Virus record (IMG/VR): IMGVR_UViG_3300044535_000237
Location: 1 to 59,396 of that record
Origin: a virus
Taxonomy: Duplodnaviria; Caudoviricetes
Length of the DNA: 59,396 bases
Strand: one strand, 5' to 3'
Both the position numbers and the translations under genes were made by a program. Below the pieces are notes generated by a model. The model did no database searches and was not told where the DNA came from. It worked only from the letters and a program-made list of their open reading frames with translations. Below are positions 28,827 to 38,435 of the stretch, piece after piece (positions within the stretch are counted from its first letter, which is position 1; each line of letters begins with the position of its first letter).

Positions 28827-29021
28827 TTACAGCCCTAACACTTTTTTGACAAATTCCGCAGCCACACCGGGGCCAAACAAAACGGCTAGCATTACAGCGT
28901 ACAGCATGTACTCAATGTTCCGCATGCGGTCTTTTCCGCTATCGAGTTTGCCCTCAATAGACCTGTATCGTTCAGCGCAGACAGCTTCGTGCACAGCCAA
29001 TTTTGTTTCCACCGTTTCCAT
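28827..29021 (-). CDS. Putative holin / XhlA-like membrane protein
   Basis: HEAVCAERY..IE..L..G..RM..IE followed by a C-terminal TM helix; AAGGA RBS before METVE. Confidence 0.6.
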   Translation of the reverse strand: METVETKLAVHEAVCAERYRSIEGKLDSGKDRMRNIEYMLYAVMLAVLFGPGVAAEFVKKVLGL

Positions 29022-29036
29022 AAAATTCCTTGAAGA

Positions 29037-29054
29037 AGCCACCCGAAGGTGGCT
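29037..29054 (-). terminator. Hairpin AGCCACC-TTCG-GGTGGCT upstream of the holin-like gene
   Basis: 7-bp stem with UUCG loop on the - strand and only a weak U-tail. Confidence 0.5.
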
Positions 29055-29059
29055 GGTTC

Positions 29060-29296
29060 TTAGTTTGCTACTACGTCAGTCACGGCCTCTTCAGGCTTGG
29101 CTTCCAACGCATCTTTTAACATTCTGAAGAAGGCATCTCTGCCTACTTGCAACTGATCCACATTGAATCGTGCTGAGTCTAGTTTGCGATCTAGGTCTGC
29201 AACATGGTTTAGCAGCGCCTGTTGTTGCTGCGTCATGTCTTCAAACTTGTACTCTACGCCGTCGATAGTCACTGGGGTCTTTTCATTTTTTCCCAT
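29060..29296 (-). CDS. Hypothetical coiled-coil protein (tail-fibre associated)
   Basis: MGKNEKTPVTIDGVEY..EDMT..Q; AAGGA RBS. Confidence 0.75.
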   Translation of the reverse strand: MGKNEKTPVTIDGVEYKFEDMTQQQQALLNHVADLDRKLDSARFNVDQLQVGRDAFFRMLKDALEAKPEEAVTDVVAN

Positions 29297-29340
29297 GATT
29301 TTCCTTTTATGCGCCACCAAGATCAGGTGGTGGCTTCCTG

Positions 29341-29562
29341 TTATGCGGATGCGGCTTGCAGAGGTGCCAAGTTTTCTGTTGTCCAGTAGTCTTTAGCCAA
29401 CATGATTGTCAGATGCTCTTTGTTACGAGCAAGGCAATCAGCCCATTCGGCATCAGTCATGCGTTCTGGTTTACCTGCGTTAATTAAATTAACTGAGTCC
29501 ATTGCGGCGCTGTAGTGCTTGGCAATTTGTTCTGCGGTTGGGGTTTGAGTTTCGATAGTCAT
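29341..29562 (-). CDS. Hypothetical protein (tail-fibre associated)
   Basis: AAGGA RBS; IA.HY.AAMDSVNLI...RNKEHL.IM motif. Confidence 0.75.
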   Translation of the reverse strand: MTIETQTPTAEQIAKHYSAAMDSVNLINAGKPERMTDAEWADCLARNKEHLTIMLAKDYWTTENLAPLQAASA

Positions 29563-29572
29563 GATTTTCCTT

Positions 29573-29815
29573 TCAGTTGTTAAATTTAGCGTTGATTTGT
29601 TCTTCTAAATTAGAACGAACAGTCTCTGCCCATTGGTCAATTTGTTCTTGCGTCCATTGCAGTTTTGGTTTGTAGTCATCGCCTCCAAAAGAAAACACAG
29701 AATTTGCAGTTTTTGTAATGTTGTCTGATACGCCATTCATTTCACAAAATAAAGTTGATGCGTAACCACGCTCATCTTCTTTAAGATGTTTTACGTTCCA
29801 AGAAAATTCAAGCAT
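29573..29815 (-). CDS. Hypothetical protein (possible fibre chaperone)
   Basis: GAGGA RBS; directly follows the fibre gene that lacks an S74 domain. Confidence 0.6.
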   Translation of the reverse strand: MLEFSWNVKHLKEDERGYASTLFCEMNGVSDNITKTANSVFSFGGDDYKPKLQWTQEQIDQWAETVRSNLEEQINAKFNN

Positions 29816-29825
29816 TTGTTATTCC

Positions 29826-31904
29826 TCAATATGTATAAAAGACAGAAACTTTTACAGTTCCTGACGTTGTTTGCATTCGTATTGTTCCACCAGAATAATC
29901 AAAATTGATGGTTAAACCAGTTCCGTTTTGCGCGGCGACAACATTTGCGCCGTTTGTGAAGTTTGCGTAAACTATCCAGTTGCCCTGTGCGCCAGTGCTT
30001 GTGTTGTAACCCGTAATAAAAGCAAACATACCAACGCCGCTTGATGGCGTAAGGGCTACCATGCTTGTGCTAACTGTTGTTGTCCAATCACCACCAAGAC
30101 GACCAACATAAGGGAAGCCTGCTCCATCAGACAACACAATGGCGTTGCTTGCTGTGCGAGTGTCTAGTCCATTGTTGTTGCCCGTAAAGCGACCAATGAT
30201 AGTATTGCTACTACCCGTAGTCATAAAATAACCAGCGTCATCGCCAAGGAAAAGATTACGGACGCCAGTGGTCATGCCACTGCCCGCCCCTCTGCCCACA
30301 CCGATGTTTTCGTAGCCTGTAGTAACAGCAGCTAATGCATCATTTCCAATAGCAACGTTTTCTACTCCAGTTGTGTTGGCAGCTAATGCGTTATTACCAA
30401 TTGCTGTGTTGTTTGAACTAGTAGTGCTTAACCCAAGTGCATTTCTACCCACAGCAACGTTGGCTGAACCAGTGGTATTTACATCCAGTGCGCCTTGACC
30501 AACGGCAGTGTTGTCACTACCAGTTGTGTTGGAGTAAAGAGAAAACGCGCCATAAGCGGTGTTGTAATTTCCCGTGGTGTTTAGATAACCAGAACGAAAG
30601 CCTGAGAAAGTAAGGTCTATGCCTGTGGTGTTGGTAACACCCGCCTGAAACCCTACAGCTGTGTTTTGAGAAGCTGTGGTGTTTACTAGTAAAGCGTTAT
30701 GACCAATTGCCGTATTAGATGAGCCAGTTGTATTGCCATTTAGCGCCGCCACACCAACAGCTACGTTATTGTCACCGCTTCCATACATTGAAGCTTGACC
30801 AACACCTACGTTGTTTGTTCCAGTTAAACTGTATCCTGCGTTTCCACCTACCAAAGTATTGCTACCTGTAGCAGTAAGACTATATCCCGCCTGAAAACCA
30901 ATAGCAGTATTGTTAGATGCTGTGGTGTTGGAGTAGAGGGCTTGCGTACCAACCGCAACATTACTTGCGCCAGTGGTATTAGTCCGACTCGCATGGTGTC
31001 CAACAGCAGTATTGTTTGATGCCGTTGTATTATTCAACAGAGCCTGCGTACCCATAGCCACGTTGTTGTTGCCAGTGGTGTTGTAGCCTAACGCACCATA
31101 ATCCACACTGAACTCTGGCGCACCAACCGCAATGTTGTTAGCGCCTGTGGTGTTGGCCCTGAGAGAATAACTGCCAACCGCAGTATTGTTAGAGGATGTG
31201 GTACTAAGATTTAACGCACCAAAGCCAATTGCTGTTACGCCACTACCAGTTGAGTTAGTGAATAAAGCAGTGTTTCCAAGAGCAGTATTTTGTGTACCAG
31301 TTGTATTTGAAAACCCCGCCTGATAACCTACGGCAGTGTTATTAACTGCCGTGGTGTTGGAGTAAAGAGCACCCAGACCAATTGCTACGTTACTACCGCC
31401 TGTGGTATTTGTGTATAAAGATTGATAACCAACGGCAGTGTTGTTATTGCCTGTGGTGTTAGAAAAAAGAGATTGATAACCTAAAGCAGAATTGTTAGAA
31501 CCCGTACTTGATGCACCATTCATTGAACTAGAACCAACTGCCGTATTAAATGAGCCGCTATTGTAAGAAAACAGTGCATTTGTTCCAACTGCCGTATTAT
31601 CTGAATCGCTTATAAGTGCAAATAATGTTCCGCGACCAATAGCGGTGTTTCTGTTGCCAGTAGTAACATTAAAAAGCGCACTAAATCCAAAAGCAGAATT
31701 TCTAATGCCAGTTGTATTTGCAGTTAGCGCAGTATTACCAGTTGCAGTGCTTTGCGTTCCAGTTGTATTTGCCGCTAATGCACTTGCACCTACCGCAGTA
31801 TTAGTGTCTATAGAACCTGCACCACGGCTTACAGTAACTCCAGAAAGCGTGTTGGTGTTTCCAGAGACAACAATCCCTGCTGTGCCGTCAAGTACGATAC
31901 TCAT
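29826..31904 (-). CDS. Repeat-rich tail fibre/adhesin paralog 3 (no S74 domain)
   Basis: Many ~14-aa NTAVG..AL..NTTG repeats; distinct beta-rich C-terminal domain; start MSIVLDG at 31904 after AAGGAG. Confidence 0.8.
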   Translation of the reverse strand: MSIVLDGTAGIVVSGNTNTLSGVTVSRGAGSIDTNTAVGASALAANTTGTQSTATGNTALTANTTGIRNSAFGFSALFNVTTGNRNTAIGRGTLFALISDSDNTAVGTNALFSYNSGSFNTAVGSSSMNGASSTGSNNSALGYQSLFSNTTGNNNTAVGYQSLYTNTTGGSNVAIGLGALYSNTTAVNNTAVGYQAGFSNTTGTQNTALGNTALFTNSTGSGVTAIGFGALNLSTTSSNNTAVGSYSLRANTTGANNIAVGAPEFSVDYGALGYNTTGNNNVAMGTQALLNNTTASNNTAVGHHASRTNTTGASNVAVGTQALYSNTTASNNTAIGFQAGYSLTATGSNTLVGGNAGYSLTGTNNVGVGQASMYGSGDNNVAVGVAALNGNTTGSSNTAIGHNALLVNTTASQNTAVGFQAGVTNTTGIDLTFSGFRSGYLNTTGNYNTAYGAFSLYSNTTGSDNTAVGQGALDVNTTGSANVAVGRNALGLSTTSSNNTAIGNNALAANTTGVENVAIGNDALAAVTTGYENIGVGRGAGSGMTTGVRNLFLGDDAGYFMTTGSSNTIIGRFTGNNNGLDTRTASNAIVLSDGAGFPYVGRLGGDWTTTVSTSMVALTPSSGVGMFAFITGYNTSTGAQGNWIVYANFTNGANVVAAQNGTGLTINFDYSGGTIRMQTTSGTVKVSVFYTY

Positions 31905-34159
31905 GATTGCGCTCCTTCTAATACGGCGATACGGGCTGTTAGCTCTTTGATGGCGTTGACTAAATACCAAGTCAGGTTGTCAGTATCAACAGACAAAACA
32001 CCAGTACCTTCTTGTTTTACGCAGTCAGGCAAAACGGCTTGCAGTTCTTGAGCAATAATACCCAATTGAATACCTTGCTTTTGAATAGCTTGGCCTTGTG
32101 GTAATTCGGTGACCTCTTCTGCGCTACGATATTCAAAGTTACGCACACGAATTGAATTGATTGCATCTAAGCCAACATTGTTATCAACGATGTTTTTCTT
32201 TAAGCGTACATCTGAAACTTGCGCCCAAGTTGATGCATTGTTACCTTGAAAAGTGTTGCCACTATTTGGGTTGATAAAGGCTGTGTTTGGCCCTTTACCA
32301 ATCGACCCATACCCAACTACTATTTCATAGCTAACTGAAGTAGAAGAAGCACCTGTATAAGCACCAATATGAATATTCTGTGCGCCTGTAACAATTGATG
32401 TTGTATAAGTTCCAGAACCAGAGCCAATACAAATATTATTACTAGCACTAGTGATGCCAAATCCTGCTTTGTAACCTATCAATACTGAATCATTGGCAGT
32501 GAGCGCATACCCTGCTTGATACCCCACAGCAGTATTAGTAATGCCTGTGTTGTTTGAATAGAGTGCTTGTTGCCCTATTGCTGTGTTCTGGTCAGCCGTG
32601 GTGTTAAAGCGAAGAGCATGATAGCCTATTCCTACGTTGCTACTACCCGTGGTGTTTGCCGCTAATGCTTGAAAGCCTGATGCCACATTGTTAGTGCCAG
32701 TGGATAAACTAGATAGTACATTGCTACCCGTGCCTGTGTTGTACGAACCTGTAGATGAGGTATTAATTGGGCCAGAAGAGTTACCAAAATATGCGTTAGC
32801 CGAGCCAGTTGTATTTAGTATGCCTGAATTGACTCCAAAGAAAGCGTTATTAGCGCCAGTTGTATTGTAATACCCCGCCTGATAACCTACCGCAGTGTTC
32901 TCTGATGCTGTGGTGTTGGAGCGAAGTGCCGAATTACCTACCGCAACATTATTTGCTCCTGAAGTAAGAACATTTAATGTAAATCCACCAAGTCCAATGT
33001 TGTCAGAGCCAGTTACACCAGCACCACCATTTGCAAAAGCCGCATAACCTAAACCTGTATTAGATGAACCTGTTGTGTTTTTATACCCAGAAGCTAAACC
33101 TACAAAAGTATTTTGCGTACCTGTAGTATTGCTATACCCAGCCACATAACCAAACGCTTGAATGCCACCAGTAGTATTGCTATACCCCGCCTGATAACCT
33201 ACTGCGGTGTTGTTAGATGCTGTGGTGTTGGAGATAAGTGCGCCAGCACCAACGGCTGTATTGTTTGCACCTGATGTGTTATTTGCAAGGGTTTGTTTAC
33301 CCATAGCGGTATTAGCCGCACCCGTTGTTGCTTGGGCGGCTTCGTAGCCTACTGCCGTATTGTCAGAAGAAGTGCTATTTAATTGTAATGCTCGTGTTCC
33401 AACGGCAACATTTAGTGCGCCAGTTGTATTTGTATAAGCTGCCGCATAACCTACAGCAGTGTTGTTAGATGCTGTGGTGTTGTTAAGCAATGCAGTATAG
33501 CCTACTGATACGTTGTTTGCGCCTGTAGTGTTATTTTGAAGTGCGCCTACGCCAGATGCAGTGTTGTATGAACCAGTAGTGTTGGAATAAAGTGAATAAC
33601 CACCAAAGCCAGCATTAGCTGTTCCAGAAGAATTTGCGTTTAATGAGTTATAACCCATAGCCGTTATATAAGCACCAGTATTTGCGCCAACAACTGCAAA
33701 AGCACCAACAGCAGTTACTTGTCCTGTTGGTGTATTTCCATACCCTGCCTGATAACCTACCGCAGTGCTTCCAGAAGCTGTGGTGTTAGAGTAAAGAGCT
33801 TGAACCCCAATACTTGTGTTGTTTTCACCAGTAGTGTTTAAATAACTAGAACGAAAACCTAAAGAAGTTAAACTTGTTCCCGTAGTGGTATTTACACCTG
33901 CTTGATAACCTACGGCAGTTGAAGCAGAACCCGTAGTGTTAGATATAAGTGATTGATAACCCACCGCAGTATTAGATTCCACAGCACCTGCACCACGGCC
34001 TACTGTTAGACCTTGTATAACTGCACCGCCAACCATTGTTGTTGCCGTGCCGCTGATGGTCTGGGCTGTTGTCCCGTTGGACTGAAGAACCAAAACTCCC
34101 GAGGTGTCCGCAGTAGAAATTAACCCTGCGCTAGTGGATGCGTTAATCGTAACCGCCAT
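31901..34159 (-). CDS. Repeat-rich tail fibre/adhesin paralog 2 with C-terminal peptidase S74 chaperone
   Basis: NTAVGYQA repeats; SD.RLK.NI, G.IAQEL..V.P, LV.AIKEL..RI..LE. Confidence 0.85.
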   Translation of the reverse strand: MAVTINASTSAGLISTADTSGVLVLQSNGTTAQTISGTATTMVGGAVIQGLTVGRGAGAVESNTAVGYQSLISNTTGSASTAVGYQAGVNTTTGTSLTSLGFRSSYLNTTGENNTSIGVQALYSNTTASGSTAVGYQAGYGNTPTGQVTAVGAFAVVGANTGAYITAMGYNSLNANSSGTANAGFGGYSLYSNTTGSYNTASGVGALQNNTTGANNVSVGYTALLNNTTASNNTAVGYAAAYTNTTGALNVAVGTRALQLNSTSSDNTAVGYEAAQATTGAANTAMGKQTLANNTSGANNTAVGAGALISNTTASNNTAVGYQAGYSNTTGGIQAFGYVAGYSNTTGTQNTFVGLASGYKNTTGSSNTGLGYAAFANGGAGVTGSDNIGLGGFTLNVLTSGANNVAVGNSALRSNTTASENTAVGYQAGYYNTTGANNAFFGVNSGILNTTGSANAYFGNSSGPINTSSTGSYNTGTGSNVLSSLSTGTNNVASGFQALAANTTGSSNVGIGYHALRFNTTADQNTAIGQQALYSNNTGITNTAVGYQAGYALTANDSVLIGYKAGFGITSASNNICIGSGSGTYTTSIVTGAQNIHIGAYTGASSTSVSYEIVVGYGSIGKGPNTAFINPNSGNTFQGNNASTWAQVSDVRLKKNIVDNNVGLDAINSIRVRNFEYRSAEEVTELPQGQAIQKQGIQLGIIAQELQAVLPDCVKQEGTGVLSVDTDNLTWYLVNAIKELTARIAVLEGAQS

Positions 34160-34161
34160 GA

Positions 34162-36258
34162 TTAGGCTCCTTCAAGCGCAGTAATGCGCTCTGTCAATGT
34201 AATGATTAGGGCTTGTTGTTCTTTGATTGCGTTGAGCATTGCCCAGAAAATTGGGTCAGAGTCAACAGTTAAAACACCTTGTTCCCCAATTTTTACAGAT
34301 TCTGGAAAAGCTGTTTGAACTTGTTGAGCAATTGGGCCTGTGTAGACATTTTCTGAGTCTGGAGAAATTACTGCGTTACCCTGTTCATTAAATACAAATG
34401 CAGGCAACTCATCTTCTGATTTATATTTAAAGTTTTTAACCTCGACTTGCATGATTTCAGCAAGACCTTTGGTTGAAACACCAAGCACATTTTTAACCCT
34501 CTCATCTGAGGTTGTAGTCCAACTAGACGAGTTGTTGCCTTGAGTACAAGCGCCAGCAGATGAACCAAAAATCCAGCAACCAGCATTACCAGCACCTACG
34601 TTATCACGGGCAATATACAAGGTGTTAGTTGCAACCAATCCAAAACCAGCGGCTCTTCCAAGGCAAACAGAATATGAAGCCGCCGCTACATTTCCACCAG
34701 CGTCAAGTCCTAAAGACGTATTATAAGAACCTGTTGTATTATTCCCACCAGCACTCTTACCAATAAAAGTGTTCTCTGCGCCAGTAGTATTGCTATAGCC
34801 TGCATCTCTACCTACAGCAGTATTGTTTATTGCTGTGGTGTTTTTATTAAGGGCATCTCTGCCTACAGCAGTGTTAGAACTACCCGTAGTATTAAAAGAC
34901 AAAGCATCGTAACCCAAGGCTGAATTGTTTGATCCAGTTGTGTTAGAGCCAAGCGCAGTCTGACCAACGGCAGAATTGTTTTCGCCAGTGCCATTGTTAG
35001 ACATGCTGCCATAACCAACAGCCGTGTTTCGTGAGCCAGTTGAGTTGTCACGCAGTGCCTCATAGCCAACCGCAGTCACTGCCTGACCTGATGTGTTGGT
35101 GTACAAAGCACGATAACCAACCGCTGTGTTTAAAGTGGTTGTGTTGTTGTAAAGTGCTTGATAACCAACTGCTGTTGTAGCATTACCAACCATACTATAA
35201 GCCGCTTGATAACCAACAGCAACGCTACCAGAGCCAGTGGTGTTAGCACCTAATGCGCCAGTGCCAACGGCAATGTTGTACGAGCCAGTTGTATTAAAGC
35301 GCATAGGCGCATTTGCAACACCATCGTACCCACCGACTGCGGTATTACCAGAGCCAGTAGTATTTGCATACAAAGCATTAGTTCCAACACCTGTATTACC
35401 CGAAGCGGTTGTGTTTACTCTAAGCGTATTTTCTCCTACAGCTACGTTATAGTTTCCAGTGCTATTAGTTAACAGCGCGTTGTACCCAAAAGCTGTTGTA
35501 CTATTTCCAGTTGAGTTTGATCCACCCGCTTGAAATCCTACTGCGGTTAAAGCACCGCCTGTTGTATTTGCGTAGCCAGCCGTATAACCAACAGCCGTGT
35601 TGCCAGTAGGGGTGGTATTAGAGTAGAGGGATAGCGATCCTACTGCTACGTTTTGATTTCCAGTAGTGTTACTGTATCCAGCTTGATAACCTACTGCTGT
35701 GTTGGATAATCCTGTTGTATTGGCAAACAAAGATTGACCACCAACAGCTACGTTATAGTAACCATTAGAGCCTGAAACACCATACATAGCTTGAGAACCC
35801 ACGGCTACGTTGTTATTTGCCCCGAGGTTGTTTTGGTTATATCCAGCCTGATAACCAACAGCAGTGCTGTTAGAGCCTGTGGTGTTGGATAGCATGGCTT
35901 GATAGCCCATAGCCGTGTTGTTTGCACCAGTTGTATTGAAAAAAAGTGAGTTAGTTCCAAACCCAGAGTTGTTACTTCCTGTGGTGTTTGTAAACAATGT
36001 GCCACGACCAAAAGCATTATTAGTCGTACCTGTCGTATTAGCCGTTAATGCTAAAGAACCAAACGCATCATTTGAACTTCCTGTTGTATTAGCCGCCAAA
36101 GCACTAGCACCAACCGCAGTATTAGTCGCTATAGAGCCGCCACCCGTGCCGATGTTCATGGACGTAGATGGGAGGTTTATAACCGTGCTACCGGCAATTG
36201 TTGGCGCTTGTAGCGTGACTGAACCGCTAGTGTCGCCTTGAATAACAATGCTTGCCAT
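34162..36258 (-). CDS. Repeat-rich tail fibre/adhesin paralog 1 with C-terminal peptidase S74 chaperone
   Basis: Same repeats; SDERVKN, GPIAQQV...FPE.V, AIKEQQ..I..L..RI.ALE. Confidence 0.85.
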   Translation of the reverse strand: MASIVIQGDTSGSVTLQAPTIAGSTVINLPSTSMNIGTGGGSIATNTAVGASALAANTTGSSNDAFGSLALTANTTGTTNNAFGRGTLFTNTTGSNNSGFGTNSLFFNTTGANNTAMGYQAMLSNTTGSNSTAVGYQAGYNQNNLGANNNVAVGSQAMYGVSGSNGYYNVAVGGQSLFANTTGLSNTAVGYQAGYSNTTGNQNVAVGSLSLYSNTTPTGNTAVGYTAGYANTTGGALTAVGFQAGGSNSTGNSTTAFGYNALLTNSTGNYNVAVGENTLRVNTTASGNTGVGTNALYANTTGSGNTAVGGYDGVANAPMRFNTTGSYNIAVGTGALGANTTGSGSVAVGYQAAYSMVGNATTAVGYQALYNNTTTLNTAVGYRALYTNTSGQAVTAVGYEALRDNSTGSRNTAVGYGSMSNNGTGENNSAVGQTALGSNTTGSNNSALGYDALSFNTTGSSNTAVGRDALNKNTTAINNTAVGRDAGYSNTTGAENTFIGKSAGGNNTTGSYNTSLGLDAGGNVAAASYSVCLGRAAGFGLVATNTLYIARDNVGAGNAGCWIFGSSAGACTQGNNSSSWTTTSDERVKNVLGVSTKGLAEIMQVEVKNFKYKSEDELPAFVFNEQGNAVISPDSENVYTGPIAQQVQTAFPESVKIGEQGVLTVDSDPIFWAMLNAIKEQQALIITLTERITALEGA

Positions 36259-36266
36259 ATTTTTCC

Positions 36267-37094
36267 TTAGACCACAACCCAGCGTGAACCGCTAGAAACA
36301 GTAACCGATTGTCCGCTTGCTATAGTGACGGGGCCAGAAGACATACCTGAACTACCAGCAGCGATGGTGTAACTTACAGCAACAGTTTGACTATTAACCA
36401 CAATGCCGTTTGTTGCATTGACTACAGAAGATGCTAACTCGCCCGTGCTAGGTTTGTACAGCAGCTTGGCATCGCCTGTGTAGATTGTACTCGCCGTACC
36501 TGTTGTTGCCGCAGCAAACAATGGATACAGATTGGTGGCAGTTGTTGTGTCGTTGGTTAGCGAAACGGCTGGTGCAGTTGTAGACCAAGATGTATTGGTT
36601 CCATCAGTAGTTAAAAACTTACCTGAATTGGTTGCTTGGCTAGGTGCTAGAGCATTAAACGCAGTAGTAGCCGTGGTCTGACCTGTACCGCCGTTTGCTA
36701 TGGCTACAGTACCTGTCACATTAGCCGCAGTGCCTGTTGTGTTCTGGTTAAAAGTCGGCCATGTAAACGTGCCGGTGCTAAAGTTGCCGCTTGTAGGTGT
36801 ACCCAATACGGGCGTCACCAATGTTGGAGATGTAGCCAGTGCAACGACTGTACCTGTGCCTGAAGTGCTGTAAGACGTTCCCCAAGCCGATCCAGTTGAG
36901 TTAGCAATACCTGCTGCGGGATATGTCGCACTTTCTCCGGGAACCCATGCTGTGCCGTTCCAAATAAGAGCTTGTCCATTCGTGGGTGTACCCGTAACCT
37001 GAATTTTGTCCGTGTTCAGGTTTGTGAAGTTAGAGTCAACTTCAGTATTGGTAAGAGGCGAGCCCTTGCCTGCGCGGGTAACAATAGTGCTCAC
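36267..37094 (-). CDS. Tail fibre / fibre-anchoring structural protein
   Basis: TRAGKGSPLT..EVD.NF.NLN N-terminus; IANGGTGQT repeat; C-terminal GPVTI.SG..VTV.SGS.WVVV. Confidence 0.75.
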   Translation of the reverse strand: MSTIVTRAGKGSPLTNTEVDSNFTNLNTDKIQVTGTPTNGQALIWNGTAWVPGESATYPAAGIANSTGSAWGTSYSTSGTGTVVALATSPTLVTPVLGTPTSGNFSTGTFTWPTFNQNTTGTAANVTGTVAIANGGTGQTTATTAFNALAPSQATNSGKFLTTDGTNTSWSTTAPAVSLTNDTTTATNLYPLFAAATTGTASTIYTGDAKLLYKPSTGELASSVVNATNGIVVNSQTVAVSYTIAAGSSGMSSGPVTIASGQSVTVSSGSRWVVV

Positions 37095-37106
37095 GGCCTA
37101 CTCCAA

Positions 37107-37565
37107 TCAAACTGGTGCTGCCATTGTAACTGTCCAAGTGATGGACATGGTGTCGTTTACATCTTTGTTAACAACGCTAAACACGGTGCGGCAAAGCATG
37201 GTGCCAGCAGAAGAAGCGTTAAAAAGACCTGCTTCCGTAATCGCAGCTAACGTAGCTGGAGTGCCTGCAGGAAACGTTGCAACATAAGCAACGGCTGCTG
37301 CCGTTACGGTAGTTGAAGTCAATGCTACACGAGCAGACTCAGTACCCAAAGTGGTATTGTTTGCGGCTGCTGCTGTGCTATTCGTACCAATAGCCATGTG
37401 GCTCATAGCGGTAGCAGTTGTGTCTTTCATGCGGCTAGCAATGTAGCCCAAACCGGTTGTAACAACCAAGTTTTTGACTTTTTGTTCGTGCTTGACTGTA
37501 CCGTCAGGAGCGGTTACTACAATCTTTAATTCGCCCGTAGCGACAATTTTTTCATTTGTGTTCAT
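37107..37565 (-). CDS. Virion structural (tail) protein
   Basis: NLVVTTG...IASR, HMAIGT, ITEAGLFNA...GTML.RTVF.VVNK motifs typical of tail-associated proteins. Confidence 0.7.
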   Translation of the reverse strand: MNTNEKIVATGELKIVVTAPDGTVKHEQKVKNLVVTTGLGYIASRMKDTTATAMSHMAIGTNSTAAAANNTTLGTESARVALTSTTVTAAAVAYVATFPAGTPATLAAITEAGLFNASSAGTMLCRTVFSVVNKDVNDTMSITWTVTMAAPV

Positions 37566-37574
37566 GGTGGTTCC

Positions 37575-38435
37575 TTAAAAAGTGACACTCGTTCCTACGT
37601 AGTCTTCTGCGAAATACGTGATATCGCAGTATCCTTGGCTTATTACTGTACCAGCATCTGATGCACTAGTCGAGTCAATAAGAGTTTTTCCAGCAGTTTT
37701 AGCAGCGGAATCTGTTGCGGTTGGCGCTTCTGCCAGCCCCTTAATAAAATCTCTAAACGCGGTATCAGAGCCCGTCGCTGTATCTGCTGCCGCTTTATCA
37801 AAACCAAGGGCTGCACTATCGGTAACATTTGAAGCATCCGCGGTGGGTTTTAGACTTGTAATAGCAGTGCTGTCAGAAACTGTAACAGAATCTGTCAGGC
37901 TCTTAATAAACGTCTTAGCCGCAATGTCTGAGTTTATAGCAGAATCAGTAAATGCCCTGCTGTAATCCACGGTACGAACAAGCGTTTCGCTTGGTACGGC
38001 CAGATCAGATAGCACTTTAAAGACTTGAATAGTTTGATCGTCGTCCGCTGCTACTCCGTTTACGTCGTCGGTGACATAGGCGGTATCAGCCAAAGTCTTT
38101 TGGAATGTTTTAGTGTTTACATCGCTGCTAACCGCGGTATCTGCTGCCGCTTTGTCAAAGGTTTTAATATTTGCATCTGAGGCAATACCCGTATCACTAA
38201 CCGCCTTGCCGTAGCTTTTAACTAATGCTTCGCTAGCTTGTGCGGATTCAGTAAGGCTTTTACCAAATGTTTTTGCGGCGGAATCGGTTGCGTTAGCGGT
38301 GTCAAAAAGATCAACAAAGTCTACAAAGTACCCTGAAATAGCTGCTGCTTTTAACAGTACATAACTTACAGCAGCACTCATACCGCCCGAGGCAGTAGTT
38401 GCGACAAGCTGTACGTACTGATAAACTGAGCGCAT
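37575..38435 (-). CDS. Structural protein with ~18-aa K.F.K...D....SD repeats
   Basis: Visible periodic repeats; position in the tail module. Confidence 0.65.
   Translation of the reverse strand: MRSVYQYVQLVATTASGGMSAAVSYVLLKAAAISGYFVDFVDLFDTANATDSAAKTFGKSLTESAQASEALVKSYGKAVSDTGIASDANIKTFDKAAADTAVSSDVNTKTFQKTLADTAYVTDDVNGVAADDDQTIQVFKVLSDLAVPSETLVRTVDYSRAFTDSAINSDIAAKTFIKSLTDSVTVSDSTAITSLKPTADASNVTDSAALGFDKAAADTATGSDTAFRDFIKGLAEAPTATDSAAKTAGKTLIDSTSASDAGTVISQGYCDITYFAEDYVGTSVTF

Noticed and set aside
29826-36258. Diversity-generating retroelement or invertible tail-fibre cassette
   Set aside because: No reverse transcriptase, no adenine-specific TR/VR pair, no invertase, and all fibre genes share one orientation.
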